Below are positions 10,729-23,560 of a stretch of DNA of 64,000 nucleotides, in pieces; within the stretch, counting starts at the first letter, position 1; every line of letters begins with the position of its first letter. The translations under genes were made by a program, and so were the position numbers. The stretch is from Azolla caroliniana. Lineage: Eukaryota > Plantae > Polypodiophyta. The notes beneath the pieces are model-generated. The model was not told the origin of the DNA. It saw only the letters and a program-made list of their open reading frames with translations, and did no database searches. The stretch lies in assembly GCA_043228905.1 (NCBI GenBank), contig JBHGNT010000001.1, positions 10,974,001-11,038,000 on the forward strand, written 5' to 3'.

Positions 10729-13197
10729 ATGAGGCCATGCCTGAGCTTCCCTTCCATTGAAGAGATGTACGTAACCTTGCAAGGAACCAAGAAAGACTTG
10801 AAATCATCAAGACACGCCCATGCTTTTATCATAGAAAGAGGCCTGAATTCACACTGCTTTCTAGCATCCTGTTTGATTCGCATGTTCTCTTCATGTGGAA
10901 GCTTAATAGATGCAAGCCGAGCATTTTCTCATATACATGAACACAATGTATTTGCTTGTAGTGCTATGATTCTATCATATGTTAACCATGGCTATGCTGA
11001 GCACGCTATTGAATTGTATTATCAGATGGTACATTGTAATATAAGATCAGATGGACATGCTTTTGTTGGTGTTATCAAAGCATGTTCTCTTGCTTCATCT
11101 ATTTCAGATGGAATGCTGATACATTCCCATGTGTTTGAAAGTAGCTTCGAGTTAGATATGCATGTTTGCAATACACTCATAGACATGTATGGAAGGATTG
11201 GTCATATGTATGATGCTCACAATGTATTCAATTTAGTCCCCAAAAAAGATATTGTAACGTGGAATTCACTCATCGGTGGATGCTCCCAATGGTCAATGGT
11301 ACAAGAAGCTCTCCAATATTTCAAGAAAATGCAAGATGAAAGAATTAAACCTGATGCTATTACTTTAGTTAATATTTTAAAAGTATGTAGAAGTCAAGAA
11401 ACCTTGGATGTAGGCAAGGTATTGCACTTCTATATTGTAGAAGATAACTCTAATGTCGATGCATTTGTGCAGAGTTCTCTCATCGATATGTATTGTAAAT
11501 GTGGTAGTGTCGAAGATGCACGAGTGATATTTAATGCATTTCCTATGATTGATGTAGTAACATGGAATGCCATCATCGCAGGTTATGCATTGAATGGACA
11601 GGCTTTAGAAGCTATGCATCTCTTTGAGAAAATGCACCAATCTCAAATTTGTCCTGACAATATCACCCTTGTAAATATAGTGAAGGTAATCTCAGAATTT
11701 CAAGATATATCTCTTGGAAAACTTATTCATGCCCTTGGTATAGAGATAGCATGTGAAATGGATGTTTTCTTTGTGAATTCCCTCATTGACATGTATGCGA
11801 AGTGCACAACCTTCATTGAGGCCCGCTTCATATTTGATAAGTTTGAAAAGAAGGATGTCGTTAGCTGGACTGCAATAATAGCGGGGTATTCCCAACATGG
11901 TAACATAAATGAAGCTTTACAACTCTTTCATGAAATGCAGCAAAAGGGATTCAAGTCAAGCATTATCACTTGGAATGCGATCATGATGGGATATGCCCAA
12001 ACCAAGTCAGGTGACATGGCATTTAAGGTTTTCAAGCAAATGCAACAAGAAGGTGTAATGCCAGATAGCACTACATTTGTTAGTATCTTAAAAGCATGTT
12101 GCACTGCAGTCGATTTAAATCTATACAAACTAGTCCATGCATTAATTGCTGAAAACAATGAAAATATCAATATATTTGTTGCTAACACTCTAGTCGATTT
12201 GTACACAAAATACGGGGACATAAAGGATGCATGCAAAATCTTTTGGGAATTGCCAAATCGAGATCTGGTGACATGGAATATCATGATTGAAGGTTTTGTG
12301 GAACATGGTCACAGTGACGAAGCTCTTCGGTACTTGTATCTTGTGTACCAAAGTGGCTTGAAACCAGATAAAGTTACAATACTTAGCACACTAAAAGCTT
12401 GTTCAATAGTGATAGCCCCGAGAATGGGCATGTTAATCCATGAAATTGTCATTGAAGATAGTTGTGAGTTGGATACATATATCATGAGTTCACTAATCGA
12501 TATGTTCTCGAAATGTGGGAAACTTGAAGATGCTACAAGGGTTTTTGATAGTGGGTCGAAAGAATCCATTGAGACATGGAATGCAATGATTGCTGGATGT
12601 GCATTCAATGGTAAATACAAATGGGCAATGGATTTGTGTATTAATTTAGGACAACATGGTGTCAAACCAGATGGCATTTCCTTACTTTGTCTAATGTCAG
12701 TGTGTAGCCACCTAGGCTCAGTAACCGATGGTTGCAATTATTTTATAACAATGAGAGATGAGTGTAACCTTAGAGCCATGCGTGAACATTACAACAGTAT
12801 GATTGATCTTTGTGGCCGTGTAGGACAGTTAAAAGAAGCATATCAAGTGCTTCAGACAATGCCATTGGAACCTGATATTGTGAGTTGGATTTCTTTGCTA
12901 AATCATTGCCAAACTTATGGTAAACTTGAGTTCGCAAAATCGTTTCTATATCATGTGATGGGTACGGGTCTTGGTAAATCCTTGGCATTCACACTTATAT
13001 CAAACTTCAATCAAGATTCCATGTTGCACAGCTCTGTGTATGCAGTCCAACATAGAAAAGATATGGAGGTTAATGATGAGGCACACAATTTCATTGAAGG
13101 AGATCAAAGTTATGCACATAATTCACATGTAAATTCAAAATTAAAGAGCTGGAATTTATTTCTTAAGAGTTATGAGTGTGATGTTCTTATCTTCTAA
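10729..13197 (+). CDS. PLS-class PPR protein with degenerate E/E+ extension and no DYW domain (putative organellar RNA-editing factor)
   Basis: 822-aa intronless ORF with repeated P-L-S triplets (LIDMYCKCG..A..F / DVVTWNAIIAGY), HYNSMIDLCGRVGQL..MPLEPD..W.SLL E-motif and HNFIEGDQSY E+ remnant. Confidence 0.93.
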   Translation: MRPCLSFPSIEEMYVTLQGTKKDLKSSRHAHAFIIERGLNSHCFLASCLIRMFSSCGSLIDASRAFSHIHEHNVFACSAMILSYVNHGYAEHAIELYYQMVHCNIRSDGHAFVGVIKACSLASSISDGMLIHSHVFESSFELDMHVCNTLIDMYGRIGHMYDAHNVFNLVPKKDIVTWNSLIGGCSQWSMVQEALQYFKKMQDERIKPDAITLVNILKVCRSQETLDVGKVLHFYIVEDNSNVDAFVQSSLIDMYCKCGSVEDARVIFNAFPMIDVVTWNAIIAGYALNGQALEAMHLFEKMHQSQICPDNITLVNIVKVISEFQDISLGKLIHALGIEIACEMDVFFVNSLIDMYAKCTTFIEARFIFDKFEKKDVVSWTAIIAGYSQHGNINEALQLFHEMQQKGFKSSIITWNAIMMGYAQTKSGDMAFKVFKQMQQEGVMPDSTTFVSILKACCTAVDLNLYKLVHALIAENNENINIFVANTLVDLYTKYGDIKDACKIFWELPNRDLVTWNIMIEGFVEHGHSDEALRYLYLVYQSGLKPDKVTILSTLKACSIVIAPRMGMLIHEIVIEDSCELDTYIMSSLIDMFSKCGKLEDATRVFDSGSKESIETWNAMIAGCAFNGKYKWAMDLCINLGQHGVKPDGISLLCLMSVCSHLGSVTDGCNYFITMRDECNLRAMREHYNSMIDLCGRVGQLKEAYQVLQTMPLEPDIVSWISLLNHCQTYGKLEFAKSFLYHVMGTGLGKSLAFTLISNFNQDSMLHSSVYAVQHRKDMEVNDEAHNFIEGDQSYAHNSHVNSKLKSWNLFLKSYECDVLIF

Positions 13198-14492
13198 CAA
13201 AAAAACATAAGAATAATCTTGAGAAGCCAGCAAATCAATGAATGAAATACTCACTTTGTAAAATTATACAAGTAACATGGTCAAGGAATCTTATATTTAT
13301 CATGATCACTTAATCGAGAAATTATTTGAAACTTCTTTTTGTGTTCGAAGCAAATATTGGTCAACCCACAAGGGTTAACAAGATTGTGTGGACCATCATG
13401 ATGCATTCTAGTTTAGGTAGGGATCATCAGGTGCAACCTCATAGAAACAAACAAGAGGAAATGCCATAGGTTTCTGTGGCCTATTAATCTTTTTACATAA
13501 TAGGATAGAACTATGCTAGAATTCGTAGTTCTGGTCATATGGAATGACTTCATTGAAATAAACAAGTTATGAGATTATATCATAGGAAGTGATTGTAGGT
13601 TTGGTCTTTGTTAAATGTCTGTTGCTACTTTCTTTGAGTAATTCCTCAAGTTATTATAACTCTACAAGCACAGCATCATAGGGGTAAATAATCGCTTGTA
13701 TGGAGTTACGCAATTAATATTTTATATTGAAGGCTGTTACCTCATTCTAAATGCCAAGATTATAATTTCCAAAAAATCTGATAAATTTCGTTGAGACATT
13801 AAAATAGCAGCATAAAATGATTCCATACCATAGGATTTAGGTCACGTCATTTATAACCTGCATATTTAGAGAATTGGAAATCAATTTGATTGTGAAAATC
13901 TTTTAGTTTAGCTTAAAAACCCAAATTTGTACCTTGTGAGAAACTGCTGACAAACGTCTATCTTATGGTGGAGACCACTAATTATTAAAAATAGCAATTG
14001 GTTTACAGTTTTTGTGATAGACCATGGCATTAGCACGAAAATATATTGAATTTCTTTCCTCCATGACTTCTCCCTTACAGATAGGGTCACTTTTCAATTG
14101 GGCAGCTAAAACAATATAAAAGAGATTTCAATACCATATAGGATGAATATAGATGGTCTTCAACCACATCCCAATAAAATGTCATTTGTTTCTCAAATCT
14201 AAAGAAAATCAAACAAATAACTGCCATTACAGGTTTCCCTTCGTCAAGCTACTAGATTTGAAACCCCAAACCCCGAACACTCTTCTCGTAGTAAGAGCAT
14301 ATTATAATTAAAACATGGCCCCATAAATAATTCATCCAGCACACTATGTTACAAACACACACATATATAACATGTGCACACATGCTTACTAGAGTCAATA
14401 AAATTTGCATTATAAAATGAGTCAATAAGAAGCAAACAAGCAACATGTGAAGATATAGATGTCTCATCTTGTGGAGAAATGACATTTATTCA

Positions 14493-17400
14493 TCATTCAT
14501 CGGCATCTGTCAAGAATTCAACGCAATTCTTTGCATGTGGGAAGAGACGAGACAAGACAGACCGCTTGGCCATTTCTGAATCTTCAAATTGGAAGGCGGG
14601 CGCCACAGTGCAACCAACAAGAGAGAAATTACACTCTGGGTCTTTAGTTTTCTCACTTCTGACAATAGACAACCCATCATCTGATACTGTATCAACATCG
14701 TTGGTGGGGTATGCTCCAAACCACACAAGAGGAGGCACGACATATTGCAGCAGTTGGCCGGCATTTACATCTGACCCTAGGATTGTATGTTTCACATGCC
14801 CTTCATCGTTGATCTCCATAACCTGTCCATCAACACCAGCGACATTAGTTCTTAAACTCTTACAAAACAAACTTTATATTGGTTATCAGCTCTTGTTGGC
14901 TTATTTCTTAATTAAATAAACAAACCCTTACCGTATCTCTTCACTATAGATCTTATTACATAAGATGGCCCTATGTCATTTATACTTGTTTCTTACCATC
15001 CTCACAGATCAAGCAGAATATCATTCTTAACTAATCCAAATATGTTTTTAACATACAAATATCATTCTTAACTAAATAGACAAACCCTTACCCTATCTCT
15101 TAACTATGGATCTTATTACATAAGATGGCCCTATGTCATTTATACTTGTTTCTTGCCATCCTCACAGATCAGGCAGAATATCATTCTTAACTAATCCAAA
15201 TATGTTTTCTACAAATATCATTCTTAACTAAATAGACAAACCCTTATCCTATCTCTTCACTGTGGATCTTATTACATAAGATGGCCCTAGGTCCTTTACA
15301 CTTGTTTCTCACCATCCTCACAGATCAGGCAGAATATCATTCTTAAATAATCCAAATATGTTATTTACATACAAATATTTTCTCACAAAAAATACCAATA
15401 TCCTATCTCTTGCATAAGCATCTTATTACATAAAGTGAAACAAGCACATTTATACTTACTGGTCACCCACTTCACAAATCTTGGCCCTACGTCCTTTATA
15501 CTTGTTTCTTGCCATTTTCACAGATCAAGCAGAATATCATTCTTAACTAATCCAAATATGTTTTTTAAATACAAATATTTTCTCACAAAAAAACCCAACA
15601 TCCTATCTCTTGCATATGCATCTTATTACATTAAGTGACATTCTGATGTTTGCACCATGTCCACCAAATCTATGGGGGGCTCTCTTTATTTTATTTCTTT
15701 TGTTGATGACTATTCTGGGAAGCTTTCAGTATATTTGCTAAAATCTAAGGATGAAGCCTTTCCTGCATTTAAGAAATTTCACGCATTTCTAACCACCCAA
15801 ACGGGTAAAAAGCGGAAATGCTTACGCACAGATAATGGGGGTGTGTTTACAAAGTGCTGAATTTAATAGATTTTGTGAATATCTTGGTATTAAGAGAGAG
15901 CTAACAGTCCCATACAACCCCTCTTCCAATGGTGTGGCTGAAAGGAATAACAGAACTTTATGTGAGAAGGTGAAAAGCATGCTATCCACAGCTAATCTCC
16001 CTCATGAATATTGGGGCGAGGCCTTAAAACCTGCAGTTCATGTTTGCCATAGATCCCCTCATATGTCCTTAAAAGGTGGCATCCCTGAAGAGGTTTGGTC
16101 TGACAAACCAGCTTCATACAGCTAACTACACATCTTTGGTTGTGATGCTTTTGTGCATATAAGGCCTGAGTTGTGAACCAAGTTAGATGCAAATTCTATC
16201 AAAGGAATGTTTATGGGTTATGCAGATGAAGGTGAAATGAGCTATAGAATTTGGCTACCTCAACACAAGAAAGTAGTACACAGCCAAGTTGTTGTACTTA
16301 ATGAGGTAAGTCTGCTAAAAAATGATTGTGCCTCTAAGTGTGGCCATAAAAGAGTCAAATTTCAGCATGTACAGCCACAAGTTAAATCTGGTATGAACCC
16401 TCGGGATGCACCACATTTGGCTGGAAATGATAATGAGCCAGAGGTTATTGAGCCAGATGATGTTGGACAGCAAAATGACTCACCTGATGAGCATATGCAG
16501 CCATCTATTCATGTTGAAACAGGGCTGGAAATGATATACAGCAACCCATTAACGATGAAGATATCAATGTACAGTCTGATGTAGATCTATTTCCGGATAA
16601 TATGGACCATTGGGTAAGAAGATCTACACGCCCTAGGAGGAAAGTGAATAGATATGACCCCTCTATACATTACATTATGTTATCAGATGAGGGTAAGCCT
16701 CTTTCTTATAAAGAGGCAAAACTATGTGAACAAAAGAAGACGTGGGGTTAGCCATGCAGGAAGAGATAAAAGCCTTGCATTTGGTTGAGTAGCCCAAAGG
16801 TAGGAAAGTCATTCCAAACAAGTGGCCATACAAAATCAAATTGTTGACGGCAAACCCTAGTATAAGGCAAGACTGGTTGCTAAGGGATAAGCCCAAAAAG
16901 AGGGCATTGATTTCCAAGATTGTTCTCTCTCACAACCGCCTTGGATTTGGAATTATTCCAAATGGATGTTAAAACAACCATTTTGCATGGTAATAGATGA
17001 AGAGGTGTACATTAAACAGCCAAAAGTATATGTCATTCCTGGAAAAGAGCATCTGGTATGAGAGGTGCTAAAGGATGGCCTAATCCCTTTGATCAAGGTC
17101 AATAATTCACAGAATCTTATAGATGCTCTCACAAAGTGTCTACCCAAGGCACAACATCAGCTATGTATAAAGATGGTGGGATTTACTTAGCTTAAAGAAG
17201 CCTCCTTGTTCCTTTAAGTGGGAAGTTGTTGGGGATAAAGGCCCCGATGATTCTCCTTTTTGGTATATTTTGACCCTTCAATGTGTCTAGACATATTTTT
17301 ATTATATTTTTTGGGCCCAATTTGGGAGCTTATAGGCATTTACATTATCTTTATAACTTTTGTTCATTGGCCATGTGTGAACATGCCCAAATGACCTAAA

Positions 17401-18650
17401 CGTCACTTATAAATAAGAATTGGTCCCAAATCTCTTATAACAAGATAGGAGACTTTTAGCGGCTTGATCTTGCTCTCCATTTTTCTACACAGTTTTCTCT
17501 AGTTTTTCTCTCCTCACACAGCAGCCCACTCCCTTGTAGTTCTCCACGTCATCTCATCTCTTTCAAACCACTCCACATCTAAAGAGTTTTTTCAGGGTGC
17601 GTGCCCTCTATCTTATTGTGTTTCCATATTATTCTTAAGCAGAAATCTTGGCTTCTGAAATTTTCTGTTCATGGAAAATAATGGATGTAGTAAAATTCAA
17701 CTCAAGAATTTTATTCCTTCAGAACCTCTCAATGAATTCATAAAACTTACCACTCATTATAATCCATCTGAAAATAGTGAAGCAAAAGGAAATAAAAACA
17801 TGAATCTTGAAATTGCCCATGCCATGCTTTTCATGCCTCCTAGGAGCAGTGTTTTTGGCAGACATATGTTTTACATCCATATGGATCCAGAATCATGCTC
17901 CAGCAGCAGCTCTAAAAATTTGATCAACCTTTCATACAAACTACAATGCAATGCTAGCTGAACGATAGGAAATTAAACATGACATTTGGGAACTGGTACC
18001 AACCGCCAATCAAGCAAAAACATATTGGTGTTTGGTGGATCTTAAGAGAACATTCGAGAGTCACAGCTACCTTGGACGAAAGATAACAGGAAGAGGAAGA
18101 CAAGGACAAGAAGAAAGACTTACTGTTAATGCTTGACCCGTGTAGAAATGCCAAACCTCGGCTGCAGGTAATCTATGGAGTTTTGAAATGCTTCCAGATG
18201 GAAGCAGATAGTAGATCGCTGTACTCACAGGACGATCTACCTTATCTGCAAAGAATAAAAAGGAAAAAACAATTTGAGAAATATAAATGAAAGCTTGATC
18301 CAGCATATGTACACAGGAAATGCAAGACCAGACGAAGGTTTTTGGGTTTATCTACAATTGTGAGGAAAGATCGATCACACATGTCCATACAGGAAAAGTC
18401 TAAAACTGTGAGAAAAATGTACCTTTAAGTTTCCTTTCAAATTGTGAAAATAAAAGAAGCTTCATTGGAAATAGCCACACACGGAAAACAGGAAGCGAGA
18501 AAGGTTTGGTTTTTATGGATTATGCTTACACTGTGGAGGAAGTGAAGAGGCGGAGAGAAGAACGGATTCATCACGAAAGGTCTCCTTGTAGAATCCTCCT
18601 TCTGGATGTGGCTTCAGGCCGAGCGATGAGACAAGCTCAGATAGCGCCAT
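14493..18650 (-). CDS. DUF985 / cupin_5 family protein, three exons: 18650-18530, 18245-18124, 14822-14493
   Basis: Spliced product MALSELVSSLGLKPHPEGGFYKETFRD...STAIYYLL...LHRL..AEVWHFY.G...QYVVPP.VWFGA...SLVGCTVAPAFQFEDSE; GT-AG sites at all junctions. Confidence 0.92.
14912..15637. repeat. Intronic tandem repeat, ~155-215-bp unit, about four diverged copies
   Basis: Recurring atcttattacataag...tttatacttgtttc...cacagatca.gcagaatatcattcttaa.taatccaaatatg. Confidence 0.85.
15638..17620 (+). mobile_element. 5'-truncated, decayed Ty1/copia element in cupin intron 2 (integrase, deleted RT/RH, PPT, 3' LTR from ~17227)
   Basis: YFISFVDDYS, CLRTDNGG, PSSNGVAERNNRTL, MDVK..FLHG remnants; purine tract aagtgggaag followed by tgttgggg; right LTR end not resolved. 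Confidence 0.85.
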
Positions 18651-18799
18651 AGCTGTGTGAGAGAGGTAAGGATTGACAAGGAAGCTGTTCGTTTCAATCC
18701 TTCAGCTTCGTCTTTGCACGAGAGATGGGGAGGATCAACAGATACATGAATTGCTGAGATAGAGAGAGCTTAAGAGAGACACAGGCTCTCTGTTGTGCT

Positions 18800-19015
18800 A
18801 CCAAATCATGAAGAGGGCTGGTGAGTAACAATCGGCAACGGTTCGGTTTGAACCGAACCGAAACGCAAAACCACCAAATCATGAAGAGGGCTGGCGAGTA
18901 ACAATCGGCAACTGTTCGGTTTGAACCGAAACGAAACCCGAAACCATCAAATCATGAAGAGGGCTGGTGAGTAACAATCGGCAACTGTTCGGTTTGAACC
19001 GAACCGAACCGAAAA
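18800..19015. repeat. Three 73-bp tandem copies of the hAT left junction
   Basis: caaatcatgaagagggctgg(t/c)gagtaacaatcggcaac.gttcggtttgaaccg repeated, with taac at 18826, 18899 and 18972. Confidence 0.9.
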
Positions 19016-19388
19016 CTGCGGGGTAACGATTTAAACAGTTCAGGTTCGGTTTTAACAGTTAGAACCCGCGGTTTAAATGGTTATTTATTTTTTATTTTAT
19101 TTTAAATTTAAAAATAATAATAAAAAATTGTTTTTAAACAATCTTTTCATTTTCATGCCTTATTCCCATATTTTAGGAAAATCTTTAAAATTTTGAAATA
19201 ATGAAATATTTTAAATTTTGACCTAAGCTAAAAATCGAAACCGCGGTTTTACCGGTTTAATGGCTTAACAGTTTGGAAAAAATTTAATGGTTCAATTTAA
19301 CGGTTTCGTGGTTTGGTTTGATTCGGTTCAGGTTTCTAAAAATTTAAACGGTTCAGTTTTGACCCTCTCAAACCGTTGCCGATCGTTA
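18972..19388. mobile_element. Non-autonomous hAT-type element upstream of the cupin gene
   Basis: TIRs taacaatcggcaac.gtt / aaccgttgccgatcgtta; imperfect 8-bp TSD ctgg(t/c)gag / ctagcgag; many AACCG/CGGTT subterminal motifs. Confidence 0.7.
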
Positions 19389-19393
19389 CTAGC

Positions 19394-21487
19394 GAGGGCC
19401 ATGGACAGTGCGATCTGCACCGTTTGATCTTTGGAAGAAAAAAAATGTGTCATCCAAAAAGCTTGACACCTTTGTCACCAACCACCTTACTCTTTGTTTG
19501 ATTGATTGATTGTTGGCACCCAACCATCCCAATTTAGGCACCTCACTCAAATCCAGACATCAAAAACTTCAAAAAATTCCAAGTGTTAAAAAAAAATAAA
19601 ATTGACATCAAAATCTTACACCAAAATTCCACTAAAAAACTAAAAACTTCCAATTACACAAAACTTAAAAAACGTCAATTACTTTGTACAAATTATGCAA
19701 ATGGGTGTGATCTCCGGATTATACATACAATTTAACATTAACTTATTTGAGAGGATTAGTTCATTTTGACTCATCCAAGTAGGATATATTGTGATGGATA
19801 GACTTCAATTGCAACATAATTGATGTATGTATCGAGAAAGTGATTTGCATGTCAAAGGAGATCTTATATACACACATTATTACATATATATATATATATA
19901 TATACACATAGATTGACCCATGCGTGATATCCGTGGTATTCGACATCCGTAATATTCGTGATATTCGAGAAAAGAAAATTGCCCTAAGAATATTATAAAA
20001 CCATTCGTTTACATATTGATATACATATACACACATACATATACACATATACACACATACATAGATACATATACACACATACATCAATAATTAATTAACT
20101 CACTAATATAATAATTAATTTACTATTAATTAATTAATTCACTTAAACATTAATTGATTCACTAATACATTAATTAATTTACAATACATATCTTAATTCA
20201 TTAAAACATTAATTAATTCATTGAAAAATATTAGTTAATTAATTAATAATTATTTAATTAAGGCTTCCGCAAAACTTGGGGTTTCATTGAAACCCTGAGT
20301 TTGCAGCGGACAATAGGATGTAGGATTAGCGTAGAGCATGAGAGGGAGTCAAGGACGCAGGCTGAAGGGAAGAAATTTTGTCGAAATTAGAATTATGGCA
20401 GAAATTAGGGTTTTCATCTGAAACCCTAATTTTCTGGTCGAGAACAATATATATATATATATATATATGTTTGAGTTGCATTGATAATATCAAGATGTTA
20501 GCAATCCTATCATCATTATCTTGATTATGTGTAAGAATACTCTTCATTGCCAAATAGACATGGAGATCTCATATGTATAAATTGCATTGATGAATTGCAA
20601 TTTAACATTACACTACAAGTTTCAACATATTTTTCACTATTGTTCTAAAACAAGTACCCTAATATACATTGTTCAAATATGAGGAAGTGACATACCTCCT
20701 TTCACTCTGATATGCATCACTCCACTCGACATCAAACATTTCGAAGTCTTTCGAGTCATATGTAGAAGGAAACTGTCTACAAATAACATTCCAACCATCT
20801 ATATAATGTCCTTGAACATTGGATTTGAAAAGTTACTCCCCTACATTTGTGATCATTTATATTTTAATCAGATTTTGTTCCATTTTAGCAATCCACTTTA
20901 ACATTTTAACAGATTTAATAAAGTTATACAATCCATTTTAACATTTTAATTGAAAACTTTGAACCACTTGAACACATTAACCATTCGCAAAAACCCTAAT
21001 CTTTGAAACTACTTTTTCATATAGCAAAAAAAAGGCGTAATAAAATACATACCTAAAAAATGAGCAGGTGGCGATGTTGATTGTAATGCAAGTGCATGTG
21101 GTTGTCGGGTGCACGTCTTTGGCTATCAACAATCCCTCCTAAACCATAATCTCTTATTTCAAAAAATTTGAAAAATCGATAGGCATCAAGTTTTATACCT
21201 GAATATAAGTCCCAATAATTATAAGTAGGGCGTCTTCTTGGGTGTAGGGCATTTCCAGAGTGTGAGTAGGGCGCCTTCCTAGGTGCAATGCGTTTGAAGA
21301 GTATGAGTAGGCCCTGACGTCTTCCGAAGAGTTGGGCGTCTAGATATTGAGAGTAGGGTGTCTGAAGAGCGTGAGTAAGGTGTCTAGATATTCAATGGTC
21401 GGGTGTGTAGCGACACAGGGTGTCAGCTTATTGACTAGAGCGTTTTTTTTGGAGGAGGATCAAACGGTGTGGATCGCATGCGCCCTC
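19394..21487. mobile_element. Old non-autonomous DNA transposon with long imperfect TIRs (MULE- or Harbinger-like)
   Basis: Left tgcgatctgcaccgtttgatc...aagcttgacacc is the inverted counterpart of right ggtgtcagctt...gatcaaacggtgtggatcgca; AT-rich interior; ~35-bp subterminal repeats (agtagggcgtctt) at 21225-21400; TSD not clear. Confidence 0.5.
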
Positions 21488-21568
21488 AACTAAGCAACCT
21501 GCACCATCTGTGGCCATGATTCCCTCGCCAAGCCCCTTTATGATTTGGGTGCAAATAGACATGCCATA

Positions 21569-21604
<36 letters not shown>

Positions 21605-21673
21605 GAGAGGAGAGGAGAGGCCCAGAAGAAGAAGAAGAAGAAGAAGAAGAAGAAGAAGAAGAAGAAGAAGAAG
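21569..21673. repeat. Compound microsatellite, (CA)n and (AAG)n
   Basis: Direct reading of the sequence. Confidence 0.95.
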
Positions 21674-21982
21674 AGTTTGTTTTTGTTCCTGCACTCTCTA
21701 TCGGCAACAAAATTTGGCACAAAGATAAGCATTGGAAAACCCTTGGTTCGAGCTCCATGACAATATATAGCAAGTTTAAATTGGTGGTTTGTACTAGAAG
21801 CAACGATAGAAATTAAGAATAACGCGTTTTCAATTTAGACATACTCAACACGCATTGTGAACCTCCTATTGTCTTCTTCATCTTCAATCTCTTCAATTGA
21901 GTGAGTTCTAGTTTTCTCTCTTGTTCATGGAAACTCTTTTTTATCCTGGATTGATATCACATCAAGAACAACATATATAAAC

Positions 21983-23560
21983 ATGAATTCCTCACACATT
22001 GTGGGGGACACAGATATGGACACAATTGATCGAATAAAGAGTAGTGAGATGGTAGAATGTAATCGTGAAAGGGAAGAATTTAGAAGCTCTAAAAGATTTG
22101 ACAATTTTGGGGAAATTAATGAGAAGAAATTGACATATGTCGAGGCAATACATGTAGACGAGGTTGACAAGGATCATCGTAATTGGGGTAATTTATGGGG
22201 GATTACCGATACCTTGTTGTTTGATATTGTAGAAGAAAATGAAAACGCAACAAAAGAATGCATCGATGAGGATGTGCATGATGTAGAAGTTGATGTTAAG
22301 GCAATGTTGCAATCTTTTGATGTATTCTATGATCATTATGATCGTGTGGTTATATTATTTTGTACTGGGAAACTCTTATACATAAATTGGATTAAAAAAT
22401 GGTTCAACACTATCGTGTCACCGAAAAGTGTTGAGAATATATATGCAGGCCTGCGAGGGTTTTATGATGTAGTATTTTGTTTCCCTGAACATCGAAGTGC
22501 ATTGTTCAATAAAGTTCCACAGTTTTTTTATAAACGATTAGTACATGTAATGCAATGGTCCATCGTAGTGGATTATCATGCTTTGTTGAAACAAGAATGT
22601 CCCGTTTGCATAATAGTGGATTGTAAGCATTCATTTCTATGCCCAATTTTACCAAAGTTGTGAGCCAATGGGTAAAGTGTTGGTATCTCCACATGCAAAT
22701 GCTACAAATAAGTGCAGATTTTGTGTGTTATGGGATAAAAGTCATAACAGGCTAGGATGGGTGTGTATAAACACACATGGTATGAAAAGACATTATTTTA
22801 AATTGAAGTGGAAGACATTTGCATGTCATTGTTTGGATGTGGTGAATGGGGTCCCTTTATGGTGGAATGGCAATGTCATTGTCCTTAAACTTTGGAGGTT
22901 CCTAATGAAGGGAATGGTAAGGAAGGATTTGAGAGAAATGTTGGTGTGTCAGATAATGTGGTTGTTATGGATGAAGGAACATCTTTTAGAACATGTGATA
23001 AAGAGGCCTCACTTCAACGTTTGGGCCCTAAGAATAAGGGAACTCAATCTATGGATATGGAAAATCAAAGTTTAGTGCTTACAGATAAAGGGGAAAAAAA
23101 GATTGGATAGGACTAGTATTAATGTTGTTGATAAAGATTGGCATCATGTAAATGGGAAGTCAACGGGGAAATCAATGAATATGCAACATAATAGTTTGCC
23201 CACTACTCATGAGACTACTTGCCAAAGTACTTCAGGAAATAGAGAGGGTCCTCAAAAAGTTCATTGGCAACAACAATTTCCGGATAGGGGATTACCCCTT
23301 CAACTTCAAATTGATTCATTGGGATTGGTTGTAAATTCATCGAATTCTCGAGGTTTCCGTCAGGTGGAAGGACCTAAACAAAAGGTTTCGATAAACAACC
23401 CTAAGGATGTGGTGCATTAAAATCCATATGTAGCTTTGGGACATGCTTTGATTAGTTTCATGACATTTGTTGCTCTGAAGGAGCAAGGGTACCCATAATA
23501 TTGTTGATTGAATAAAAGTGGTAACATGGAATATGAGAGGGGCATGTTCTCCTCATAAGA
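21983..23560 (+). mobile_element. L1-type LINE 5' part: decayed ORF1 and start of the ORF2 endonuclease
   Basis: ORF1-like GFYDVVF...HVMQW...PV, zinc-knuckle remnant near 22825-22870, and VVTWNMRG endonuclease start at ~23518 immediately before the LTR insertion. Confidence 0.7.

Noticed and set aside
19905-19940. Possible Helitron 3' end on the minus strand
   Set aside because: Hairpin is weak, the terminus is not CTRR, and no 5' end could be identified.
20611-20620. CACTACAAG as a CACTA terminus
   Set aside because: No matching inverted end or subterminal repeats found nearby.
21428-21803. ORFs with poly-L, poly-S, poly-F or poly-K runs
   Set aside because: Translations of (CA)n and (AAG)n microsatellites.
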